From positions 1 to 64,000 of the IMG/VR virus record IMGVR_UViG_3300037313_000574: DNA of 64,000 nucleotides. One strand, written 5' to 3'. The DNA is from a virus (Duplodnaviria; Caudoviricetes). Positions 26,112-34,232 of this stretch are shown piece after piece. The position numbers and the translations under genes are program-made. The notes beneath the pieces were generated by a model. That model saw nothing but the letters and a program-made list of their open reading frames with translations. It searched no databases and was not told where the DNA came from. Numbering within the stretch: the stretch's first letter is position 1; each line of letters begins with the position of its first letter.

Positions 26112-27612
26112 TGAGGTCTATGCCGGGCTCAAGCGCAAGTTCGAGCTGTACGCGGCACATTGCCTGTTCATCCTGGACAAAGGCGGCCAGCGGCTGCCGT
26201 TCCTGCTGAATCGAGCGCAAAAGTATGTCGACGCAAAGCTCAACGAGCAGCTAGAAAAGACTGGCAAGGTCCGGGCGCTGATCCTCAAAGGGCGTCAGCA
26301 AGGGATTTCGACTTACGTTGGCGGCCGCTATTACTGGCGGACGTCGATGTCGATGGGCTTGTCGGCGTTTATCGTCGCGCATGAGCAGAAGGCGACGGAT
26401 AACCTGTTCACGATGGTCAAGCGCTATCACGAACATAATCCGTTGGCGCCGTCGACCAGTGCGACGAACGCCAAGGAACTGGTTTTCAACATCCTGGATG
26501 GCGGCTACAAGCTGGCCACGGCGGGATCGAAAGATGTCGGGCGCTCGAACACGGCGCAGCTGCTGCACGGCTCGGAATTCGGCTTTTGGGATAACGCCGC
26601 CCTGCACCTAGCCGGCCTGGGCAACACGATTGCCGACCGCGATGGCACCGAGATCATTCTGGAGTCGACGGCAAACGGCATCGGCAACAAGTTCCACCAG
26701 ATGTGGCAGGACGCCGAGGCCGGGATTGGTGAATACATCGCCATTTTCGTTCCGTGGTTCTGGCAGGACGAGTACCGCTCGCCGGTGCCGGCTGACTTTG
26801 TGCTGACGTCGGACGAGATCAAGTACAAAGAGGCGTACAAGCTCGATAACGAGCAGATGGTGTGGCGCCGCAACAAGATCATCACCTACGGCCAGGGCTT
26901 TGAATGGCTGTTTGATCAGGAATACCCGGCCACCCCTGCCCTAGCGTTCAAATCGGCGACGACGGACCCGCTGATTAACCCGACTACCGTGATGGCGGCC
27001 GTGAATAGCGGCTACCGGGAAATGTACGGGCCGCTGGTCATTGGCTGCGACCCGGCCGAATACGGTCCGGACCGAACGACGATTGCTTTCCGGCGCGGCC
27101 GCGTGGTGTATCGGATCGAGAAGCACGAAAAGAAGGGGCCGATGGAGGTTGCCGGCATCCTGGCGTCGTATTGGAATGAATTCCAGCCGGACGGCATGCT
27201 GATCGACAAAATCGGCATTGGTTCGGGCATCGTGGACCGCTTGAAGGAACTGAACATCCCTTGCATTGGCGTCAATAGCGCCGCCAAGGCCGAGGACAGC
27301 GAGACATACGCGAATAAGCGCGCGGAGATGTGGTACCGCATGAAGCACTGGATGGAGGATATGCCCGCCAGGCTGCCCAACAATGCGGAAATGATCGCGG
27401 ATATCTCGGCGCCGAAGTTCAAGACCAGTAGCAACGGCCGCAAGCTGGTCGAATCGAAGGATGAAATGAAGAAGCGGCAAATCCGCTCGCCTGACTTTGC
27501 CGATGCTATCGCGCTGACCTTTGCCGAGAACATTGCGCCCAAACCGGCAGCGCTGGAAGGCCGCGGCGGGATCGCGGCGGAACACCGGCCGGCGACCACG
27601 GCTGGATATTAA
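26095..27612 (+). CDS. terminase large subunit
   Basis: Walker A ILKGRQQGISTY, Walker B LLHGSE, ESTANG, nuclease IGCDPA and DFADA motifs. Confidence 0.95.
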   Translation: MSISADEVYAGLKRKFELYAAHCLFILDKGGQRLPFLLNRAQKYVDAKLNEQLEKTGKVRALILKGRQQGISTYVGGRYYWRTSMSMGLSAFIVAHEQKATDNLFTMVKRYHEHNPLAPSTSATNAKELVFNILDGGYKLATAGSKDVGRSNTAQLLHGSEFGFWDNAALHLAGLGNTIADRDGTEIILESTANGIGNKFHQMWQDAEAGIGEYIAIFVPWFWQDEYRSPVPADFVLTSDEIKYKEAYKLDNEQMVWRRNKIITYGQGFEWLFDQEYPATPALAFKSATTDPLINPTTVMAAVNSGYREMYGPLVIGCDPAEYGPDRTTIAFRRGRVVYRIEKHEKKGPMEVAGILASYWNEFQPDGMLIDKIGIGSGIVDRLKELNIPCIGVNSAAKAEDSETYANKRAEMWYRMKHWMEDMPARLPNNAEMIADISAPKFKTSSNGRKLVESKDEMKKRQIRSPDFADAIALTFAENIAPKPAALEGRGGIAAEHRPATTAGY

Positions 27613-27631
27613 TAGGCCAACACTAATTCAC

Positions 27632-27656
27632 AAGCTCGCTTAGGCGGGCTTTTTTT
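27632..27656 (+). terminator. intrinsic terminator after terL
   Basis: AAGCTCGC-TTAG-GCGGGCTT followed by a T-run. Confidence 0.65.
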
Positions 27657-30032
27657 ATGAGCGAAACATCGATGACCAACGCACCAGACGACGATAGCCA
27701 GCTGAGTGCAATGGCACATGCCATGCTCACCGCCAAGGCTGAAGCCGCCCGCAAGGACGCCGAGCGCGAATACGCGCAGGCTTCTGCCGAGGTCATGCGC
27801 GCCGACGAGGAAGGTGCCGAGCCCGCATTTGCCACCCTGGCCGGGCTGGGCTCGATCTTCCTGAGTGAATTCGCGCAGGCCGAGTCTGATCGCCGCTCGA
27901 CTGAACTGCGCTGGCTGAAGGATTTGCGCCAGTATCGCGGCCAGTACGACGAAGAAGTCGAAGCGCTGATGGACAAGAATCGGTCTAAGGCATTCGTGCG
28001 TAAGACCCGCGTGAAGGTAAAAACGGTCGACTCGCGCGTGTTCGACCTGCTGTTCCCGGCCAATTCCGACCGCAACTGGGCACTGGAAGCAACGCCGGTG
28101 CCGACCGTGGCGCCGGAAATCAAGGACAAGCTCAAGCGCGACCTGACTGCCGCCTTGCAGCGCGCGCCGGAAGAAAACGAGATCCAGCAGGCCGTCAAGC
28201 ATCTGGTCGACACTGCCGCCAAGGGTATGGCCAAGGCGATCGATGACCAGTTGACGGAATCCCGCTACAAGAAGGCCGCGCGCCAGGTGATGCACTCCGG
28301 TCACCTGTACGGCACCGGCATCCTGAAAGCGCCGCTGATCGAGCGGAAGATTCGTACCCGCTTTGTCAATGAAGATGGCAAGTGGGTGATGAAAACGGAA
28401 TCCTACGTGGTGCCGTTTGTCGATTTCGTGCCGATCTGGCGCTTTTTCCCGGATATGTCGGCGACCGAGCTGGAGAATTGCCGCTACGTGTACGAGCGCC
28501 ATGTGATGAGCAAGTCGGCCGTGCTGGCACTGGCTGAGCGCAAGAGCTTCGACACGCAGAAGTTGCGTGATTACGTGACCTCGCACCCGAACGGTGCCAG
28601 AACGCGCAAGCCCTACGACGATGAAATCCGCCAGGTGGGCGACCGCACCACCGCGCACAATGACGACGGCCAGTACGAGATCCTGGAGCGCTGGGGCTGG
28701 GTCGATGCGGCGCAGTTGCACCAGTGCGGCGTGACCGTGCCGGAAAACCGCATGCACGAGACGTTTTTCGCCAACGTGTGGCTGCTGCCATCGGGCGAAA
28801 TCGTCAAGGCCGCGCTGCAGCCGATCAATGGCGTGACCTGGCCGTATCACCTGTATTACTTCGACAAGGACGAAACCAGCATTTTCGGTGAAGGCTTGGC
28901 AACGATCATGCGCGACGACCAGACCATGCTCAACGCCGGCACTCGCATGATCCTCGATAACGCTGCCATCACCGCTGGGCCGCAGTTCGAGGTCAACATG
29001 GACCTGATGTCGCCCACCGAGAAGGCGGATGCGATGTTCCCGTTCAAAATTTGGGGGCGCAACGGCCGGAATCCGGAATCGCCCGCTGTCCGCGTGCTCA
29101 ACATCCCCGGCAATCTGGAAGATCTGCTTCCGATCATTTCCATGTTCGAGGCGAACGCCGACGAAGTGACGGCCGTGCCGCGCTTCATGTCGGGCGAGAA
29201 CGCCACCCAAGGCGCTGCCGGTACCGCATCGGGCTTGTCCATGCTTATGGGCAACACGTCGATCGTCATGAAAGACCTGATCGCCGGCTACGACGAGGGC
29301 ATTACAGCGCCTTTCATCAACGCGCTGTATCGCTGGAACATGCAGTTCAATCCAGACAACGCGGTCAAGGGCGATTTCAACGTCAAGGCCAGCGGCACCG
29401 CGTCGCTGGTGGCGAAGGAAATCCGCGCCCAGCAGCTGGATAACTTTGCCGCGCAGACCAGCAACCCGATGGATGCGCCATTCATCAAGCGCGAAAAGCT
29501 CTTGCGCCAGCGCGCCGAAGCGCACGACCTGGTGGATGTGGTGAAGACCGAAGAGGAAGTATTGGCCGAGCAAAGCAACGACTTGGCCAAGAAGCAGCAG
29601 GAGCTGGCGCAGCAGCAGCAGGAGCTGACCTTGAAGCTGCAAATGGCCACGCTCGACAAGCTGACGGCCGAGGTGCAGAAGGTGCTGGCCGAGGCGCGAC
29701 TGAAAACGGCCGATGCCGTGGCCAAGAACGTGGGCTCGGTCTACGCGGCGACACAGGCGGGCGGCGTGGCGGCAACCAATCCCGCCATTGCACCGGCGAC
29801 CGACGAGATTCTGCGTTCCGCGGGCTTCGAGTCTTCCGGTGCGCCGGTCGGTATGCCCCAGGCACCGCAGGGCACGCTGCCTGAACAAGCTGGCGCGGCG
29901 AACGACTTGCCGATGCCGCAGGAGGCCGATCCGCAAGCGCCGGGAGCAGGTCATCCTGCGCCCGTCCCGCCGATGCAAGGACCGGGGCAAGGACTGCGCG
30001 CCGGTATTGAGACAACGAGGATTGAGCAATGA
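27657..30032 (+). CDS. portal protein
   Basis: 791 aa after terL; RWLKDLRQYRGQY, FGEGLATIMRDDQ, TASGLSML; coiled-coil/Pro-rich C-terminal tail. Confidence 0.9.
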   Translation: MSETSMTNAPDDDSQLSAMAHAMLTAKAEAARKDAEREYAQASAEVMRADEEGAEPAFATLAGLGSIFLSEFAQAESDRRSTELRWLKDLRQYRGQYDEEVEALMDKNRSKAFVRKTRVKVKTVDSRVFDLLFPANSDRNWALEATPVPTVAPEIKDKLKRDLTAALQRAPEENEIQQAVKHLVDTAAKGMAKAIDDQLTESRYKKAARQVMHSGHLYGTGILKAPLIERKIRTRFVNEDGKWVMKTESYVVPFVDFVPIWRFFPDMSATELENCRYVYERHVMSKSAVLALAERKSFDTQKLRDYVTSHPNGARTRKPYDDEIRQVGDRTTAHNDDGQYEILERWGWVDAAQLHQCGVTVPENRMHETFFANVWLLPSGEIVKAALQPINGVTWPYHLYYFDKDETSIFGEGLATIMRDDQTMLNAGTRMILDNAAITAGPQFEVNMDLMSPTEKADAMFPFKIWGRNGRNPESPAVRVLNIPGNLEDLLPIISMFEANADEVTAVPRFMSGENATQGAAGTASGLSMLMGNTSIVMKDLIAGYDEGITAPFINALYRWNMQFNPDNAVKGDFNVKASGTASLVAKEIRAQQLDNFAAQTSNPMDAPFIKREKLLRQRAEAHDLVDVVKTEEEVLAEQSNDLAKKQQELAQQQQELTLKLQMATLDKLTAEVQKVLAEARLKTADAVAKNVGSVYAATQAGGVAATNPAIAPATDEILRSAGFESSGAPVGMPQAPQGTLPEQAGAANDLPMPQEADPQAPGAGHPAPVPPMQGPGQGLRAGIETTRIEQ

Positions 30033-30274
30033 AGCCGCCCGAAGTCATCCGCGCCGAGTTGATCGAAACGCTGGCGACTGCACGCGCCTACAAGAGCAGC
30101 GATGCCTATGCCGCGATCGTGAAGCTGCTGGACGCGATCGATGAAGTTCACCGCGAGAGCTTGCTGACGGCCAGCATCGACGGCGTAGCACGGATTCAGG
30201 GCGCAGCTGCCCAGGTGCGCCAGCTGCGCAATGCGCTGGTCAGCGACAGCATTCACGCATCGCCCGTTTTATAG
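30029..30274 (+). CDS. small portal-adjacent structural protein (Bbp19-like)
   Basis: 81 aa coupled to portal; RIQGAAAQVRQL. Confidence 0.7.
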   Translation: MKPPEVIRAELIETLATARAYKSSDAYAAIVKLLDAIDEVHRESLLTASIDGVARIQGAAAQVRQLRNALVSDSIHASPVL

Positions 30275-30289
30275 ATCGGATAGGACAGC

Positions 30290-30922
30290 ATGAACACAGT
30301 TATCTTGAAAAACGGCCGCAAGGCATATCAAGTAACGCGCATAAGGATATTTGATTCCCCGGTGCAGAGCGTGTTCGGGTCGCCTGTGGCGGCGTGCGCA
30401 TACACCGACTTGGGCGAGATTCCAATCCCAGCAGGAGCGTTACAGCCGCAATTGGGCGATTACTACCAGCCGTCAGAGCGCGCCGGCGAAATGGGAATGT
30501 TCATGACTGCAGGCGAGGTGGCTTTGGACTATGCGGAGCGGGCATTGTCCATGTCAGAGCGGTTTGCAGCCGCTGCCGCTGATTATGCTGCATTCATGGA
30601 TGAGCAAGCCAAGATCCATGCGGCGGGCTGCGCGTCGCACACCATGGACTTCGGCGATGCGCTCAAGGCTTTGAAAAATGGCAAGCGCATCGCGCGCGCC
30701 GGCTGGAACGGCAAAGGCATGTGGCTATGTCTCGGCCAAGGCCATGCTGGGCTGGAAGCCGAGAAGTTTTGGAACCCGCACACCCGCGCCTTCGCTGAAC
30801 AGAACGGCGGCACCGCGCCGGTCCTGCCCTACATCATCATGAAAACCGCTGCCGGCGAAATTCTCATGGGCTGGCTCGCAAGCCAAACCGACATGCTGGC
30901 CGAAGACTGGCAAATCCTGTAA
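30290..30922 (+). CDS. uncharacterised N-domain fused to DUF2829/Tad2-like sponge domain
   Basis: C-term MDFGDALKALKNGKRIARAGWNGKGMW...PYIIMKT...WLASQTDMLAEDWQI is the DUF2829 (Tad2-like) signature. Confidence 0.85.
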   Translation: MNTVILKNGRKAYQVTRIRIFDSPVQSVFGSPVAACAYTDLGEIPIPAGALQPQLGDYYQPSERAGEMGMFMTAGEVALDYAERALSMSERFAAAAADYAAFMDEQAKIHAAGCASHTMDFGDALKALKNGKRIARAGWNGKGMWLCLGQGHAGLEAEKFWNPHTRAFAEQNGGTAPVLPYIIMKTAAGEILMGWLASQTDMLAEDWQIL

Positions 30923-30954
30923 CGCCGCCCTACTTTTGAAACCTGGAGAAAAAC

Positions 30955-31422
30955 ATGACACATGAATACATCGGTACCAAGATTGTCACGGCTTGGCCGC
31001 AGGAGAGCGCCGCCAAGGCTCGTGTTTGCGGAGTGGACTGCCATCCTGGCGCCGGATCCTGCAACGGCTATTGCACCGGTAAAGCCGATCGGCCGCCAGC
31101 CCTGCCAGCCCAACCAGGCTATGCCGTGAAATATGCGGACGGCTACACCAGCTGGAGCCCGAAAGACGTTTTCGAGGCTGCATACATCGACATCGGCCAT
31201 GTATCGCACCTGCCACCGCACCAGCAGCGCCTGATTGGCGAAAGGGCTGAACTGGGCGACAAGCTGGGCAAGCTGCGCGCCTTCATGGCTGGCGAAGCAT
31301 TCCTCGCCTTGCCGGAACCGGAGCGCTTTCGTATGGCCGAGCAGGCCGTCGTCATGGATCAGTATCACAAGATCCTTGCCGCCCGCATCGCTGCCTTTGT
31401 CGGCGACCAGCCCACCACGTAA
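30955..31422 (+). CDS. two-domain candidate anti-defence protein (YIGTK..SWSPKDVFE domain + crAss001_48-like helical domain)
   Basis: YIGTKIVTAWP...GYAVKYADGYTSWSPKDVFEAAY, then LPPHQQRLIGERAELGDKLGKLRAF...MDQYHKILAARIAAF. Confidence 0.8.
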   Translation: MTHEYIGTKIVTAWPQESAAKARVCGVDCHPGAGSCNGYCTGKADRPPALPAQPGYAVKYADGYTSWSPKDVFEAAYIDIGHVSHLPPHQQRLIGERAELGDKLGKLRAFMAGEAFLALPEPERFRMAEQAVVMDQYHKILAARIAAFVGDQPTT

Positions 31423-31456
31423 CGATTCTTTGACCCCTGCGCAAGCAGGACAGCCA

Positions 31457-31484
31457 AAGCCACTCCGCAAGGGTGGCTTTTTTT
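31457..31484 (+). terminator. intrinsic terminator
   Basis: AAGCCACT-CCGCAAG-GGTGGCTT followed by a T-run. Confidence 0.8.
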
Positions 31485-31509
31485 ATAAGCCAACCACCTG
31501 GAGGAACAC

Positions 31510-32430
31510 ATGGCGAGCACTACCGAAGACGGCAACAAAAAAGCAGCCGAGGATTTTGAATCCGGCTTCAACGAAGAAATCACCAAGCCGGAGCAGACCG
31601 AGGACGAGGCTTTTGGCCTGACCCCGGACGAAGCGCCGGGCACTGAATCGACGGAAGGCAGCGCGCCGGCCGTGGCGATCGTCGTCACAGGCGACAAGGA
31701 TGCGCCGCACGGCGAAATGCCGACCGGCGGCGACGAAACCGCTGCTGCAACGAACGAAGAAGCGCCTGCCGCCACCGAAGCCGAACCTGCCCTGGATATC
31801 GAGAAGGAAAAGCAACGCCTGAAGTCGTGGGAAGGCCGCTTGCGCGCCAAGGAAGCTGAGTTGGCCGCGCGCCAGGCTGAAGAAGCCACCGAAACGCCGG
31901 CCGCAGAAGCCGCTGAACAGGCTGCCGGCGAAGTGCCTGACGAAGACGACGCCGATATCAAGGCGCTGTCGGAAGACTTCGGCCCGGAATTCGTCACCCT
32001 GCTCACTTCCCTGATCGCCAAGATCGCGCGCAAGACCGCCGCGGAAACCGCCAGCGAGCATACCGCGCCGTTCCGCAAGGATATCGACGATGTGATTGCT
32101 GAAATGACCAACGAAAAGCAGCGCTTGCACTTCGAGAAGATTTCGGACGCCTTCCCCGACTTCATGGAAATCGCCGAATCGGATGCCTTCAAGGCATGGG
32201 GCGATGCCATGGCGCCGGAAGACAAGGCGGAATTCGATCGCATCGTCGCCTCCGGCAGCGCCCGCGAAATCATCGGGCTGCTCAAGCGATACAAGGCTGC
32301 CAGCACCACCGATTCGGGCATTGACGAGGACGCGCTGGACAACGCTGAAGGCGTGCGCTCGACCGGCTTGAAGCTGCCCGAGTCCCCATCCAGCAAGGAT
32401 GACTTCGCCTCGGCGTGGAACGAACACTGA
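31510..32430 (+). CDS. capsid scaffolding protein
   Basis: Acidic, low-complexity protein between portal and MCP; RLKSWEGR; GGAGG RBS. Confidence 0.75.
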   Translation: MASTTEDGNKKAAEDFESGFNEEITKPEQTEDEAFGLTPDEAPGTESTEGSAPAVAIVVTGDKDAPHGEMPTGGDETAAATNEEAPAATEAEPALDIEKEKQRLKSWEGRLRAKEAELAARQAEEATETPAAEAAEQAAGEVPDEDDADIKALSEDFGPEFVTLLTSLIAKIARKTAAETASEHTAPFRKDIDDVIAEMTNEKQRLHFEKISDAFPDFMEIAESDAFKAWGDAMAPEDKAEFDRIVASGSAREIIGLLKRYKAASTTDSGIDEDALDNAEGVRSTGLKLPESPSSKDDFASAWNEH

Positions 32431-32703
32431 TCCTTCATTAACCACTGGTCCCGGCGCAGTCAGCCGGGCGCCCACCGCCAGCGAAATGGCCGAACACCGC
32501 AGGACTGAAACCATAGCGCAGATCCGCGCAGCACCGCGTTACGCCACAAGCGCCGCACCGCTTCGCGCTATCTGCATACGACTGGTTCCCGAATTTCATG
32601 GTGAGAACGGACAGGCTTTACGCCCCCGATCCCGCGCTGAATCGACTGTTGGCGACTTCATTTTTTATTCGATTTTGCATCCATTTCTTTTAGAGGAAAC
32701 ACT

Positions 32704-33681
32704 ATGTCTGTCTATGGCGATATCTCCCCCCGTACCGCGGCTTATGCTGAAAAAGAACTGCTCAAGCGCGGCCTACCCTACCTGATCCTGGAAAAGTTCG
32801 GCCAGTCCAAACCGCTGCCGGGCAATTCCAGCAAGGTCATGAAGTTCCGCCGCTACAACGCGCTGGACGCCACCCCGACCGCGCTGACCGAAGGCGTGAC
32901 CCCGAGCGCGCAGACCCTGACTGTGACCGACGTAACGGCCACCCTGACCCAGTACGGCAGCCGCATCCAGATCACCGACGTCATCATCGACACCCATGAA
33001 GACCCGGTACTGAATGAATCGATCACCCTGCTTGGCGAACAAGCCGCGCAGATGATCGAGAAGATGCGCTTTGGCGTGCTGAAGGCCGGTACCAACGTCC
33101 TGTATGGCAACGGCGCCGCACGCACCGATGTCAATACCGCGCTGACCCTGGCCAACCAGCGCAAGGCAACCCGCTCGCTGAAGCGCCAGAACGCCCGCCC
33201 CATCACCACCATTGTCAAGTCGACGCCGGCATACGGCACCGAGGCGGTCGCCCCCGGCTTCATCGGCCTGGCCCATCCGGACCTGGAAAGCGACATCCGC
33301 AGCCTGGCTGGCTTCGTGCCGGCCGAGAAATACGGTTCGATGACGCCGTTCGAGAACGAAATCGGCAAGGTGGAAGACGTGCGTTACCTGACGTCGACCA
33401 TCTTTGCGCCGTTCGCCGACGCCGGCGGCGCCAAGGGCACGATGATCTCGACCACCGGCACCAACGCCGACGTCTACCCGGTCCTGTACCTGGGCGCCAA
33501 TGCTTACGGCATCGTCGCCTTGAAGGGTATGTACGCCTGCACCCCGATGGTCGTCAATCCGAAGCCTTCGGACAGCGATCCGCTGGGCCAGCGCGGCCAC
33601 TGCGCATGGAAGTCCATGCAAACCGCCGTCATCCTGAACGACGCCTTCATGGCTCGCCTGGAAGTCGCTGCTACCGCCTAA
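32704..33681 (+). CDS. major capsid protein, N4-gp56 family
   Basis: YGDISPRTAAYAEKELL, KFRRY, TATLTQYG, ENEIGKVEDVRY, SDSDPLGQRG..WK. Confidence 0.95.
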   Translation: MSVYGDISPRTAAYAEKELLKRGLPYLILEKFGQSKPLPGNSSKVMKFRRYNALDATPTALTEGVTPSAQTLTVTDVTATLTQYGSRIQITDVIIDTHEDPVLNESITLLGEQAAQMIEKMRFGVLKAGTNVLYGNGAARTDVNTALTLANQRKATRSLKRQNARPITTIVKSTPAYGTEAVAPGFIGLAHPDLESDIRSLAGFVPAEKYGSMTPFENEIGKVEDVRYLTSTIFAPFADAGGAKGTMISTTGTNADVYPVLYLGANAYGIVALKGMYACTPMVVNPKPSDSDPLGQRGHCAWKSMQTAVILNDAFMARLEVAATA

Positions 33682-33700
33682 TCAGCCGGTAGCAACCACT

Positions 33701-33729
33701 AAAGGCCCGCTTCACTGCGGGCCTTTTTC
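33701..33729 (+). terminator. intrinsic terminator after MCP
   Basis: AAAGGCCCGC-TTCACT-GCGGGCCTTTTT. Confidence 0.85.
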
Positions 33730-33762
33730 ATTCCCGCATCTCATATTCAAGGAAACCGCACC

Positions 33763-34152
33763 ATGAACGCTCCCACCAAAAACAAAGATAAATCGGAAAC
33801 CACCCAAATCACCACCCTGGACGATGGTGCCAATGTGGCGCAAGTCGTTGATGCCTTCACTGGCGAGGCTGTTGTCGGCACCAGCCACGACGCCGCCCTG
33901 AGCGGCGAGCGCGTCAGCCTGACCATTTACGAACAAGAAGGCGATGCCGGCCGCGAAGCCGTGTTCGTCGGCATCAACGGCGTCGGCTACCAGATCCCGC
34001 GCGGCAAGCCGTTCAACGTGCCGGTCGAGGTCGTGCATGTGCTGGAAAACGCCGTGCAGACCATCTACGAGCCGGTCGAAGGCGGCGAAACGCGCGAGCG
34101 CACCCTGAAGCGATTCAACTTCACGGTCCACGGTCCAGCTGCCAAGCAGTAA
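33763..34152 (+). CDS. conserved post-capsid structural protein
   Basis: AVFVGINGVGYQIPRGKPFNVPVEVVHVLENA; fixed position after N4-type MCP. Confidence 0.75.
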   Translation: MNAPTKNKDKSETTQITTLDDGANVAQVVDAFTGEAVVGTSHDAALSGERVSLTIYEQEGDAGREAVFVGINGVGYQIPRGKPFNVPVEVVHVLENAVQTIYEPVEGGETRERTLKRFNFTVHGPAAKQ

Positions 34153-34232
34153 CCAGCCAACAGAGCGCCCTTCGGGGCGCCAGCAGAAACCCGCTTCGGC
34201 GGGTTGGAGATCACCAGACCGAGAGCAGATAC

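Noticed and set aside
27609-30029. 806-aa minus-strand ORF
   Set aside because: Exact antisense shadow of the portal gene, typical of GC-rich codon bias; no motifs.
31365-32514. Minus-strand ORFs of 357 and 343 aa
   Set aside because: Antisense shadows of the scaffolding gene.
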